Origin: Vicinamibacteria bacterium
GTDB taxonomy: Bacteria > Acidobacteriota > Vicinamibacteria > Fen-336
Assembly: GCA_050246895.1 (NCBI GenBank)
Contig: JBFWVE010000004.1
Span: 71,676-135,675 of the forward strand
Reading direction: 5' to 3'
Length of the DNA stretch: 64,000 nucleotides
Positions 9,450 to 18,498 of this stretch are shown one piece after another. Position numbers and translations under genes: made by a program. The notes beneath the pieces were generated by a model. The model saw only the letters and a program-made list of their open reading frames with translations. It ran no database searches and was not told the DNA's origin. Numbering within the stretch: position 1 is the stretch's first letter; each line of letters begins with the position of its first letter.

Positions 9450-11027
9450 ATGCGACCGAATCGGCTGGCCCTCGGGCTCGCCGCGCCGCTCACGCTCGCC
9501 GCTCTCACGCTCTCGGCCGCGCCGGCGCTCGACGCGCGGGCCTCGACGCGCGCCTGGGTCGAGGCCCACCAGCGCGAGATCCTGGCCGAGTACGCGGCCT
9601 TGCTGGCGATCCCCAACGTCGCGAGCGACGCGCCCAACATCGCCAGGAACGCCGACCACATCCTGGCGCTGCTGCGCCAGCGCGGCTTCGAAGCGCGCCT
9701 GCTCGACGGCGAGGGCGGGCCGCCCGCCGTCTACGCGGAGTTGCGCTCGCCGGGGGCGACGCGCTCGCTGACGATCTACGCGCACTACGACGGCCAGCCG
9801 GTGGACGCCTCGCGCTGGGCCAGCCCGCCCTGGACGCCGACGTTGCGCAAGGGGCTCGCCGAGGCCGGCGCCGAGGTCGTGCCGCTGGACGCGCTGCCCG
9901 CGCGACTCGATCCCGAATGGCGGCTCTACGCGCGCTCGACCGGCGACGACAAGGCCCCGATCGCGGCGATCACGCGGGCGCTCGACGCGCTCGCCGCCGC
10001 CGGGCGCAAGCCGAGCGTCGACCTGAAGCTGTTCCTCGAGGGCGAGGAGGAGGCCGGTTCCGACCACCTCGGCGCCATCCTCGAGAAGCACGCCGAGCTG
10101 CTGAAGGCCGACCTGTTCCTGCTCTGCGACGGGCCGGTCCACCCGACGCGCAAGCCCCAGCTCTACTTCGGCGCGCGCGGGGTCACCGGCCTCGAGCTGA
10201 CCGTCTACGGCGCGACGCGGACACTTCACAGCGGCCACTACGGCAACTGGGCCCCGAACCCGGCGCTGCTGCTGGCGCACCTGATCGCCAGCCTGCGCGA
10301 CCCCGACGGCCGCATCCTGATCGACGGCTACCTGGACGACGTCCGGCCGCCCACGGCGGCCGAGCAGGAGGCGCTCGCCCGCGTGCCCGAGGTGGACGCG
10401 GCGCTTCGCGAGGAGCTGTCGCTCGCGGCGACCGAGGCCGGCGGAGCGCCGCTCGCCTCTCGCATCATGCTGCCGGCGCTCAACGTGCGCGGCGTGCAGG
10501 CGGGTTACCTCGGCGAGCGCGCCGCCAACGCGATTCCGTCCTCCGCGCGCGCCTCGATCGACTTCCGTCTCGTGCCCGACCAGACGCCTGCCCGCGTGCG
10601 CGCGAAGCTCGAGGCGCACCTGCTGGCCCGCGGCTGGCACCTCGTCCACGCGGCGCCCGACCCGTCGACGCTTCGGGCGCATCCGCGAGTGGTCCGGCTC
10701 GACTGGGAGGGCGGCTATCCGGCGGCCCGCGCCCCGCTCGACGACCCCGCCGCGCGGGCGCTGGTGCGCGCGCTGGAGCAGGGCGCGCGCGAGCCGTACG
10801 TGCTGATGCCCACGCTCGGCGGCTCGATCCCGATGCACCTCTTCCAGCAGACGCTGCGGGTGCCGGTCGTGGGCCTGCCGGTGGCGAACCACGACAACAA
10901 CCAGCACGGCTCGAACGAGAACATCCGGCTGCAGAACCTGTGGGACGCGATCGAAACCTACGCGGGCCTGTTCGCCAACCTGGGGCCCGAGCTTCAGGCC
11001 GCGCCGCGGCCCGTCGCCCTACGTTAG
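9450..11027 (+). CDS. Secreted M20/M25/M40 metallopeptidase
   Basis: YAHYDGQP, ARSTGDDK, EGEEEAGS, HSGHYG, NQHGSNEN; signal peptide. Confidence 0.9.
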   Translation: MRPNRLALGLAAPLTLAALTLSAAPALDARASTRAWVEAHQREILAEYAALLAIPNVASDAPNIARNADHILALLRQRGFEARLLDGEGGPPAVYAELRSPGATRSLTIYAHYDGQPVDASRWASPPWTPTLRKGLAEAGAEVVPLDALPARLDPEWRLYARSTGDDKAPIAAITRALDALAAAGRKPSVDLKLFLEGEEEAGSDHLGAILEKHAELLKADLFLLCDGPVHPTRKPQLYFGARGVTGLELTVYGATRTLHSGHYGNWAPNPALLLAHLIASLRDPDGRILIDGYLDDVRPPTAAEQEALARVPEVDAALREELSLAATEAGGAPLASRIMLPALNVRGVQAGYLGERAANAIPSSARASIDFRLVPDQTPARVRAKLEAHLLARGWHLVHAAPDPSTLRAHPRVVRLDWEGGYPAARAPLDDPAARALVRALEQGAREPYVLMPTLGGSIPMHLFQQTLRVPVVGLPVANHDNNQHGSNENIRLQNLWDAIETYAGLFANLGPELQAAPRPVALR

Positions 11028-11031
11028 GCGA

Positions 11032-11427
11032 ATGGCCAGCAAGGGGCGCGGCTTCCGCGCCCTCGAGATCGAGGGCTTCGAGGTCCTGGTCGGCAAGGGC
11101 GACGCGGACAACGACCGCTTGACCTTCGCCGTCGCCGAGCCACGCGACTTCTGGCTCCACGTCGCCGGCGTGCCGGGCAGCCATGTGATCGTGCGCAACC
11201 CGGCCGAGCTGCCCGAGCTGCCGCGAGCGGCCGCCGAGGCCGCGGCGCAGCTCGCGGCCTGGCACTCGAAGGCTCGCGGCGCGCGCGGCAAGGTCGAAGT
11301 CCACCTGTGCCGCGTCGCCGACGTCAGCAAGCCGCGCGGCTTCGCGCCCGGCGAGGTGCGCCTGCGCCGGTTCGAGTCGATCCGGGTCTACGCGAGGGAG
11401 CCGGCGGGCACGGCCATGGAGCCGTGA
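11032..11427 (+). CDS. Stand-alone NFACT-R (DUF814) RNA-binding domain protein
   Basis: VGKGDADNDRLTF, DFWLHVAGVPGSHVIV, AAQLAAWHSKAR, KPRGFAPGEV. Confidence 0.85.
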   Translation: MASKGRGFRALEIEGFEVLVGKGDADNDRLTFAVAEPRDFWLHVAGVPGSHVIVRNPAELPELPRAAAEAAAQLAAWHSKARGARGKVEVHLCRVADVSKPRGFAPGEVRLRRFESIRVYAREPAGTAMEP

Positions 11428-11562
11428 ACGTGACCGTGCCCGTGAACGTGCCCGGCCGGGTGACGGCCGGGACACGTCGACGTGCACGTGCACGTGAACG
11501 TGAACCGAACGGCCGGGACACGTGCACGGGGGCGGGAACGGATCGGCCGGGCACGATCACCG
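11423..11562 (+). repeat. Repeat cluster R1 of the CGTGAACGTG...CACGATCACG family
   Basis: CGTGnn hexamers, then CGGCCGGGACACGT units, ending GGCACGATCAC; contains the stop codons of both flanking genes. Confidence 0.9.
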
Positions 11563-13593
11563 GAGGCCGGGAAGCATGCGGCAGGCCTCCTGCGTTCCCG
11601 CGTCGCAGGCGCCCTTCAGCAGATCCTTCGCCTTGGCGAGGTTGCCCTTCTGGGCCAGGAGTTGCGCCCAGCCGATGCAGGCGTGCTGGATCTTCTCCGC
11701 GCACAGGCCCTGCAGCGTCGAAAGCGCCTTCGGCGGATCGGGCAGGACGCCACGGCCCTGCGCCTGGAGCACCGCGAAGCGGGCGCAGGCGGACTTGTCG
11801 CCGCCGGCGCATCCTCTTTCATAGGCGCGGGCCGCGCGGACCGGGTCGGCCTTGATCCCGAGGCCGCCCTCGAGGATCGATCCGAGCGACGTGCAGGCGC
11901 CGGCCTGCCGCTGGCACTCGGACTCGAGGAACGGCACCGCCTTGGCGCAGGCCGCGTCCTCTCGCTTTTCGTAGCAGCGAGCCAGCAGCTCGTACGGGGC
12001 GCCCTCGCCGGCGGCGCTGGTTGCCGCAGAAGCAGCCTCCCCGGCGCTCGCGCCCGGCTGCGCTGCCGGGCTCGCCGGAGCCGCGGGCGTCGAGGCCGCC
12101 GCCCTGGCCGCGGGGCGCGCGGGCTGGCGTTGCAGGAAGTCGAGATAGCTCTGCGCCCGCTGGCGCTCTTCGGCGGTGCGGGCAGCGTTCAGCGCGGAGC
12201 GCGCGGCCTGCGCCGCCTCGGTCGGCTTCTGTGAGGCCCACAGGGCGCGCGCGTGCGCCAGGCGGTGGTAGGAGACGCCGGGCTCGAGCTGCACGGCGCG
12301 CTCGGCCAGCGCGAGCCCCTCCGCCACCCGCTGTTGGTCGACCCGCACATCGGCCAGGTAGGAGAGCACGTCGGCGTTCTCGGGCGCCAGCTCCTTCGCT
12401 CGTTCGAGCAGGGCCGCGATCTTGGCGAGCGCTTCCGCGGCGAGGCTCTGCTGCCACAGCAGCTGCGCGAGGCGGTAGTGGACCCACGGGGAGGTGGAGC
12501 CGGCGGCGACTGCTCTCTCGAAAGCCGCCTGCGCCTCGGCCCGCTGGTTCTCCATGTCGCGCAGGCGGCCCTCGATCTCGTCGGGCCCCGGCGCCTTCGG
12601 ATCCGCCGCGCGGGCCTCGTCCGCGAGGGCGCGCGCTTCGAGCGGTCGCCGCGACGCGACGAGCAGCTCGGCCCGGAGCGTCGACGCCTCGGCGGCCGAC
12701 ACCGGCCGGACGGCGAACGCCTCGGCCCTCACGCCGACCGCCACGTCGAAGCGCGCGTACTGCATCACGCTGCGCTGGAGGTACTCCTTCATCCCGAGGT
12801 AGAGCGCCTGGAGATCCCCCAGGGCCTGCGGGACGGCCTTCTCGGAGGGGATCCCCTCGAGCAGCAGCGTCGCGAGTTGCGCGAACTTCGCCTGGTGAGC
12901 CCCCTGCTCGCCGAACAGCAGGTAGTGCACGAACGCCCATGCCTGCGCGTCGAAGGTCTCGATCTGCACCTCTCCAGTCAGCCAGGAGGACGCCCCGTAG
13001 CGCGCGCCCAGGAAGTCGTCCATCGGCACGAGCGCGCGCTGGCGAATGGTCTCCAGGCTGTTGCGGAGCGGGCGCCCGACCCGCAGCTCCTTCTCGCGGA
13101 CCGAGGTGCTGCTCATCAGCTCCGCTACGCCGCGCACCAGCCAGGGCGGGGCGGCGACGTGAAAGGAGCGCCCGAACGCGACCGCGGCGTAGCTCCAATA
13201 GGCACTCCGGTAGGGGTTCTCGTCGAGCTCCGCGTCCTCGCGGACGTCGGTGCGCAGGGCCACGAACTGCTTGTCGCGCCCGCTCGCGGAAAAGGAGACC
13301 GGCCGGAAGCGCTTGCCCTCCCAGTACTCCGGGCCCAGCGTTCGCAGGGCCGCTTCGTCGCGCGCAGCGAGAATCACGAAGGGGTCGCTCGAGTCGACCC
13401 GGGCCCACGGGAACATCGTCGCCATCGCGCCGCGGATCTGCTCGAACTGCCAGGCGACCTTGCGGCCGGCCTTTTCCCCCGCGTTCGTGACGACGGTGAA
13501 GTGAGGGCTCTTCACCTCGGTCCAAGGGGGCGGAGCCGCCAGGGCTCCCGATGCCACCGCGGTCGCCGCAAGCACAGTGACGAGGTGCTTCAT
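11557..13593 (-). CDS. Secreted DUF1570-like (degenerate zincin) + TPR + Sel1-repeat protein
   Basis: Start MKHLVTVLAAT after GGGAGG; WTEVKSPHFTVVTN, PPWLVRGVAE, AQAWAFVHYL; TPR helices; Cys-paired Sel1 repeats. Confidence 0.75.
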   Translation of the reverse strand: MKHLVTVLAATAVASGALAAPPPWTEVKSPHFTVVTNAGEKAGRKVAWQFEQIRGAMATMFPWARVDSSDPFVILAARDEAALRTLGPEYWEGKRFRPVSFSASGRDKQFVALRTDVREDAELDENPYRSAYWSYAAVAFGRSFHVAAPPWLVRGVAELMSSTSVREKELRVGRPLRNSLETIRQRALVPMDDFLGARYGASSWLTGEVQIETFDAQAWAFVHYLLFGEQGAHQAKFAQLATLLLEGIPSEKAVPQALGDLQALYLGMKEYLQRSVMQYARFDVAVGVRAEAFAVRPVSAAEASTLRAELLVASRRPLEARALADEARAADPKAPGPDEIEGRLRDMENQRAEAQAAFERAVAAGSTSPWVHYRLAQLLWQQSLAAEALAKIAALLERAKELAPENADVLSYLADVRVDQQRVAEGLALAERAVQLEPGVSYHRLAHARALWASQKPTEAAQAARSALNAARTAEERQRAQSYLDFLQRQPARPAARAAASTPAAPASPAAQPGASAGEAASAATSAAGEGAPYELLARCYEKREDAACAKAVPFLESECQRQAGACTSLGSILEGGLGIKADPVRAARAYERGCAGGDKSACARFAVLQAQGRGVLPDPPKALSTLQGLCAEKIQHACIGWAQLLAQKGNLAKAKDLLKGACDAGTQEACRMLPGLR

Positions 13594-13632
13594 TGCAGGG
13601 CCTCCCAGAGAGGCCCGATTGTATCGATTGGA

Positions 13633-13776
13633 CACGTTCACGTGCCCGTGCCCGTAAACGTGCCCGGCCGGGTGACGGCCGGGACACGTCGACGTGCACG
13701 TGCACGTGAACGTGAACCGAACGGCCGGGACACGTGCACGGGGGCGTGAACCGAACGGCCGGAGCACGATCACGGG
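13633..13776 (+). repeat. Repeat cluster R2, near-identical direct repeat of R1
   Basis: About 125 bp match R1 with only a handful of differences; offset 2212 bp. Confidence 0.9.
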
Positions 13777-13788
13777 TACGGAACGAGC

Positions 13789-15339
13789 TCAGTCGGCTCC
13801 GTCCTGCCGCGCGAAGCGCACCGTGTAGCCGCCGATGCGGTTGCCGTGGTCGACGCCCACCTCGATGTCCGCGCGGTAGTGGATGCCCCCGTAGAGCCGC
13901 GAGATCGCCGCTTCGTCGGCCTGTGATTTGAAATAGGACGCCTCGCTCGGGAACAGGTACGACAGGACGGCGGCGGAGGCGGCCGAGAAGGTCGAATGTC
14001 CCGACGTGTAGGAGGGGAAGTTGGGCAGGCCGACCACCGTCCTGATGCGCGGGTCGAGCTGCGAGGGGCGCGGGTTGAAGTAGGCGTACTTGGTGTCCCA
14101 GCAGCCGACGGCCGCGTCGTGCAGGGCCATGTTCAGCAGCGCATAGGCGCGGGCCGCGCGCACCTCGCTCCAGCGCGCGCCGTTGACGTAGCTCTGCGCG
14201 ATGGCGTTCCAGTGGCCCGGAGGCGTATAGGTGCTCGCGCCGTCGGACCAGATGTACGCGATCGCGAGCTGCTCGCGCGTGAGGTTGTCGAGCGTGCTCT
14301 TGACCTCGGCGGTCTCCTGCTGCATCTGGGCCGACGACGTCGACGGAGGCGGGCCCGGGCGTTCAGCGACGATGTCGGTCGGCGTCATCATCCAGGCCCG
14401 CACCTGCCCGAAGAGGGGCAGCATCGGCGGCCGCGGCGGCGACTCCAGGCTCTTCCACGGCGTTTCGCCGCGGGCGGTGGCGGCGTTGGCCATCGCCGCC
14501 CAGACCGCCGGCGAGCCGCCGGCCGTCCGCATGCCGTCCGTGGCGGCCCGCGCCGCGAACACGGGGGCCACGGCCTTGCCCAGTGCGAGCCCGGCGGCGA
14601 TGTCGCTCGGCGCGGCCCGGCCCGACCACAGCGCGGCGTTGCGCTGATCCGCTGCGCGGCGCGTGATCTCCTCGACGGAGGTCGGGAACAGCAGCTTCAG
14701 CAGCTCGGCGGTCACCCCGGACAGGACCGCGTCCTCCGAAGGGTAGGCCGGCACGTTCGTCGCGGGCATCAGGCTCTGGATGCCGCTGTCGACCGAGGCG
14801 GGCGACGGACGACCGTAGAGGAACTTGTAGTGCCAGGCGACTTTCAGTGCCTCGAACTGGGCGACGCTCACGTAGCTCATGGCACGCGCCGCGTACGGCG
14901 GGTTCGAGAAGGGGAACTGCGGATCGGCGAACGGGTTCTCCTGGTCGGGCGCGGGGTAGGTGCCGTCGGGCCGCGGCGCGGGCGGGATGTCGGCCTTGGC
15001 CACCATCTCGAGCATGATCTCGTTCCAGCGCAGGACGCCGCCGCCGCTCCAGTACTCGATCACCTCTTTCTGCTCGGCGGTGAGGTTGGCCTGCGCGGTC
15101 TTGATCGTCGCGATCTCCGCGCGGTAGGCCTCGGAGCTGGCGGGGGCCGGCGGCGCCACCTCGAACTGGGTTGGGCCGCTGAGGACGATCATCTGCCAGT
15201 TGCCGGCGTTGGCGTCGGCGCCCGAGGGGCTCGACGGCGTCAGGGTCGCCGAAGTGGGCGGGGTCTGACCGCAGCCCGCGCAAAGCGCGGCGGCCGCTGC
15301 GATCGCGGCGAACGGCGAAGCGAGACGGGATCGGTTCAT
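13789..15339 (-). CDS. Lipoprotein, PAP2/vanadium-dependent haloperoxidase superfamily, two tandem domains
   Basis: Lipobox LCAGC; C-domain KYAYFNPRP, PSYTSGHS, SRLYGGIHY; degenerate N-domain copy. Confidence 0.85.
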   Translation of the reverse strand: MNRSRLASPFAAIAAAAALCAGCGQTPPTSATLTPSSPSGADANAGNWQMIVLSGPTQFEVAPPAPASSEAYRAEIATIKTAQANLTAEQKEVIEYWSGGGVLRWNEIMLEMVAKADIPPAPRPDGTYPAPDQENPFADPQFPFSNPPYAARAMSYVSVAQFEALKVAWHYKFLYGRPSPASVDSGIQSLMPATNVPAYPSEDAVLSGVTAELLKLLFPTSVEEITRRAADQRNAALWSGRAAPSDIAAGLALGKAVAPVFAARAATDGMRTAGGSPAVWAAMANAATARGETPWKSLESPPRPPMLPLFGQVRAWMMTPTDIVAERPGPPPSTSSAQMQQETAEVKSTLDNLTREQLAIAYIWSDGASTYTPPGHWNAIAQSYVNGARWSEVRAARAYALLNMALHDAAVGCWDTKYAYFNPRPSQLDPRIRTVVGLPNFPSYTSGHSTFSAASAAVLSYLFPSEASYFKSQADEAAISRLYGGIHYRADIEVGVDHGNRIGGYTVRFARQDGAD

Positions 15340-15355
15340 GACGCTGCCTCTCGAA

Positions 15356-16285
15356 CTAGAAGGAAAAGACGTACAGGAATCCGGCCGTCAGGACCGTCGA
15401 CTGGCCCACGTTGCGGCCGTCGAAGGTGTAGGCGCCCGAGACCTGGATCGCGAGCCTCTCGATCGGCGGCAGGTACCATTCGACGAGCGCGCTGAGCTGC
15501 GAGTAGTTCATCTTGTTCGAGACGAACGGCATGTCCTGGCGGCGGATGTCGCCGCCGCCGCGCGTGATCTGCTGCGAGAACGAGATCGGGATCTGCAGGC
15601 CCTTCTTCCTGTAGCCGGCGCTGATCGTGTAGTCGAAGACGTCGGGCATCTCGACCTGGTCGCTGAAGTAGAGCCGCCCGTCCGTGAAGTAGGAGGGCCG
15701 GTCGAGCGTGACGTTGTCCCGCCACGTGTAGGCCGCGCCGCCAGTGACGAACCAGCCGCGGTCGGCCCAGAAGTCCAGGGTCAGGCGCCCGGAGATGCGG
15801 TCGCTCTGGCTGCCGATCGACATCGGCAGGAAGTCCGGCGTGTAGTCGCTGAGCGCGGTGCCCGCGGAGACGACGGCAAACGCGCGAAGCGATCCGGTCT
15901 GCGTGAACGCGGTGTCGAGGGCCTTGTACTTGAGCCCCACGGTGAGGTCCTGCAGCCCGTCCAGGCCCCTGAGGACGCCCTGGCTCGCGCCCGTCCACAC
16001 GTACGGCGCCATCGCGATCACGTTCAGCCGGTCCGTGATTCCGTAGTTGCCCACCCAGGCGACGCTCTGTGTCGTCAGCGTGCCGATGTTCTCGTTGTCG
16101 CGCTCGAGCGCGCCTTCCCAGTAGGTGTCCCAGCTGTCGTGGGAGTAGACGAAGCCGGTGCACAGCGAGCCCTTGGACATCATCAGGCCGTCGCGGATCG
16201 TCTGTGCCTCGATGGGCGGCGACGACCAGGCGAGAACGAGAAGGGCGGCCGCGAGACGCAGGCCGGTGATTCCACTCAAGCGCAT
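15356..16285 (-). CDS. Probable outer-membrane beta-barrel transporter
   Basis: Signal peptide from ATG 16285, GLQDLTVGLKY, alternating beta strands, terminal Phe. Confidence 0.65.
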   Translation of the reverse strand: MRLSGITGLRLAAALLVLAWSSPPIEAQTIRDGLMMSKGSLCTGFVYSHDSWDTYWEGALERDNENIGTLTTQSVAWVGNYGITDRLNVIAMAPYVWTGASQGVLRGLDGLQDLTVGLKYKALDTAFTQTGSLRAFAVVSAGTALSDYTPDFLPMSIGSQSDRISGRLTLDFWADRGWFVTGGAAYTWRDNVTLDRPSYFTDGRLYFSDQVEMPDVFDYTISAGYRKKGLQIPISFSQQITRGGGDIRRQDMPFVSNKMNYSQLSALVEWYLPPIERLAIQVSGAYTFDGRNVGQSTVLTAGFLYVFSF

Positions 16286-16422
16286 CTGTGTCTCCTGTGC
16301 TCCTGTTCGCGAAGCGCGTATGTGATCATCGTTAACATGGGAACGCAAGAGGAATCTCTCGAGGGATAGGCAGACCACGAGCGGATCGGTGGTCTTGAGC
16401 GGATTCTTTGGGGGGCGGGCGG

Positions 16423-17337
16423 CTAGCGGGCGCCCGCAGTGCGCGGGCGCACCGGGATCGGCACGTTGCACAGCTCGACGTGGCCGCCCGGGTTCAGGAA
16501 CCAATCCTCGCGCCGGAAGCGCCGGGCCTCGACGAGAGAGGCGAACGCCTTGGTATCCGTGCGCAGCACCTCGAGCTCGCTGCGCTCGGCCTGCGGAACG
16601 TCCGCGGCCACGCGCACGCGGTTGACGGGCGCCCGCTCCGCCGCCTTCTCGTAGAAGCCCAGGCCGCCCGTGCCGCGCGGCAGCGTCGAAAGCCGCTCCA
16701 TGCCCGAGACCACGCGGCCGAGCAGCGTCACGTTGCGATCGAGGTGGCGGGGGGAGTGGCCGATCACGACGTACAGCTCGGCGCCGCCGCCGCTGTCGGC
16801 CGTGTTGCCCCGGCCCGCGCCCAGCATTCCGTAACAGTGGGCGAGCCAGGCGCGACCGGCCTTCGCGTCGCGCGCGGCGGGGAAGCCGCCGGAGAGGCCG
16901 GCCTCGGGGGCGTAGACGTCGCCGTCCGGCAAGGGCACGAACGCCAGGTCGGCGGAGAGCGCACGGTCGAACTCCGCGGGCAAGGTCCGCTTGCCCGTTC
17001 GGATCGGCCGGCGCTTCTGCTCGTCGTCGCCGTCCGGATCGCCCCACTGCACGACGTAGTTCTCCTGGGAGCGGATGATCGCGAGGCCGTCGAAGTAGCC
17101 CTCGCGCGCGAGCGCCTTCACGTTGGCGACGTGCGCGGGCGCAAACGCGGGCGCCAGCTCCATCACCACCCGACCGCTCGCCAGCTCGAGATACAGCGTG
17201 TTCTCAGGCTCGAGCGCGCGCCAGTCGGCCGCCGTCGTCCCTGCCAGCACCGACGCCATCGTGGGCGGCGCATCGGCGGCGCCGGCCGGGTTCGAGACGA
17301 GCGCCAGAGCGAGGCCGGCGAGCGCGAAACGGGGCAT
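16423..17337 (-). CDS. Exported cyclophilin-type peptidyl-prolyl isomerase
   Basis: [38 protein letters not shown]; ATG 17337 after GGAGG. Confidence 0.85.
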   Translation of the reverse strand: MPRFALAGLALALVSNPAGAADAPPTMASVLAGTTAADWRALEPENTLYLELASGRVVMELAPAFAPAHVANVKALAREGYFDGLAIIRSQENYVVQWGDPDGDDEQKRRPIRTGKRTLPAEFDRALSADLAFVPLPDGDVYAPEAGLSGGFPAARDAKAGRAWLAHCYGMLGAGRGNTADSGGGAELYVVIGHSPRHLDRNVTLLGRVVSGMERLSTLPRGTGGLGFYEKAAERAPVNRVRVAADVPQAERSELEVLRTDTKAFASLVEARRFRREDWFLNPGGHVELCNVPIPVRPRTAGAR

Positions 17338-17394
17338 CTGATCCTCCAGTGCGGGGACGTTAGGGGTGCTCGGGCGGGGAGTCAACGCCGCCTG

Positions 17395-17514
17395 CCGTGA
17401 ACGTGAACGTGACCCGGCCGGGACACGTGCACGGGGGCCGGCACCGTGGCCGGGGCACGATCACGGGGGGCACGCCGTGAACGTGAACGTGCCCAGCCGA
17501 GACGCGTCCACGGG
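17395..17514 (+). repeat. Repeat cluster R3
   Basis: CCGTGAACGTGAACGTGACCCGGCCG...GGCCGGGGCACGATCACGGG followed by a second partial left arm. Confidence 0.9.
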
Positions 17515-17538
17515 ACGCTGGCAACAAGTGACCGCAAC

Positions 17539-17563
17539 GATTACACTGCAATCAACGACTGCA
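17539..17563. promoter_or_regulatory. Possible FitA autorepression operator
   Basis: Overlapping imperfect palindromes GATTACACTGCAATC and TGCAATCAACGACTGCA just upstream of the RBS; the half-site resembles the TGCTATCA type bound by FitA. Confidence 0.35.
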
Positions 17564-17574
17564 GAGGAGGCGGG

Positions 17575-17823
17575 ATGGCGAGCATCACGATCCGGAGGCT
17601 CGACGAGGCGACCAAGCAGCGGTTGCGCGTCCGGGCGGCGCGGAACCGGCGCTCTATGGAGGAGGAAGCTCGCTCGTTGCTGAGGGCCGCCCTCAGCGAG
17701 GAGCCGGCCGCAGCGGGGGACCTGGCGAAGGCGATCGGCACGCGCTTCCGGCGGCTCGGCGGAGTCGAGCTTCGGCTGCCCGCGCGCGAGCCGATGCGCG
17801 AGCCGCCGAAGGCCGGGCGATGA
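17575..17823 (+). CDS. fitA: FitA-like ribbon-helix-helix antitoxin
   Basis: MASITIRRLDEATKQRLRVRAARNRRSMEEEAR; GAGGAGG RBS; ATGA overlap with the toxin. Confidence 0.85.
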   Translation: MASITIRRLDEATKQRLRVRAARNRRSMEEEARSLLRAALSEEPAAAGDLAKAIGTRFRRLGGVELRLPAREPMREPPKAGR

Positions 17824-18239
17824 TCATCCTGGACACGAACGTCGTGTCCGAGCTGATGAGGCCGGCGCCGGCGCCGAGGGTCGTCGCCTGGATCGCCGCC
17901 CAGCCCGCGGCGATCCTCCACACCACCAGCATCACGCAGGCCGAGATCCTGCATGGGTTGATGCTCATGCCGCGCGGTCGGCGGCGCGATGCGCTCCAGG
18001 CCGCCGCGACCGCGATGTTCAGCGAGGACTTCGGCGGGCGCATCCTCGCCTTCGGCCCCGAGGCGGCGCCGCGCTACGCCCGGATCGCGTCCGATCGCCG
18101 GCGAGGCGGACGCCCCATCTCGAGCTTCGATGCCCAGATCGCGGCCATCGCACTGCTGGCCGGTGCGACCCTCGCAACTCGCAACCTGGCCGACTTCGAG
18201 GGCTGCGGCATCACCGTCGTGAACCCCTGGAGTGCTTGA
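17820..18239 (+). CDS. vapC: VapC/FitB PIN-domain toxin
   Basis: MIILDTNVVSELM, ITQAEI, FDAQIAAIA, LATRNLADF. Confidence 0.92.
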   Translation: MIILDTNVVSELMRPAPAPRVVAWIAAQPAAILHTTSITQAEILHGLMLMPRGRRRDALQAAATAMFSEDFGGRILAFGPEAAPRYARIASDRRRGGRPISSFDAQIAAIALLAGATLATRNLADFEGCGITVVNPWSA

Positions 18240-18245
18240 GCGCGG

Positions 18246-18402
18246 CCGTGAACGCGCCCGAGAACGTGACCCGGCCGGTCCGGAGGCCGGCAGTCGGCCG
18301 GGGCACGATCACGGGAGCACGTGGGGAACGTGTCCGTGAACGTGAACGTGATCCGGCCGGGGCACGGGGGGCCGGCGCCACCGACCGGGCCACGATCACG
18401 GG
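18246..18402 (+). repeat. Repeat cluster R4 (two complete hairpin units)
   Basis: Units at about 18246-18315 and 18334-18402, each running GTGAACG... to CACGATCACGGG. Confidence 0.9.
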
Positions 18403-18498
18403 AAACACGCGGGTAGTCCAAATGATTGCTTGACGGCCGGAGGATTGACCGGTTAGAAACCGGACGCTTTTTGTCTGGATCCAACCCGGAGGTCCGAA

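Noticed and set aside
11423-11562. Rho-independent terminator
   Set aside because: No U-tract, and the same element occurs between divergent genes and inside a CDS. An RNA-stabilising role is not excluded.
13594-13773. N-terminal extension of the TPR ORF (VRFTFTCTCTST) and similar HVHV/RERER ORFs
   Set aside because: These are translations of the DNA repeat; a better start with RBS and signal peptide lies at 13593.
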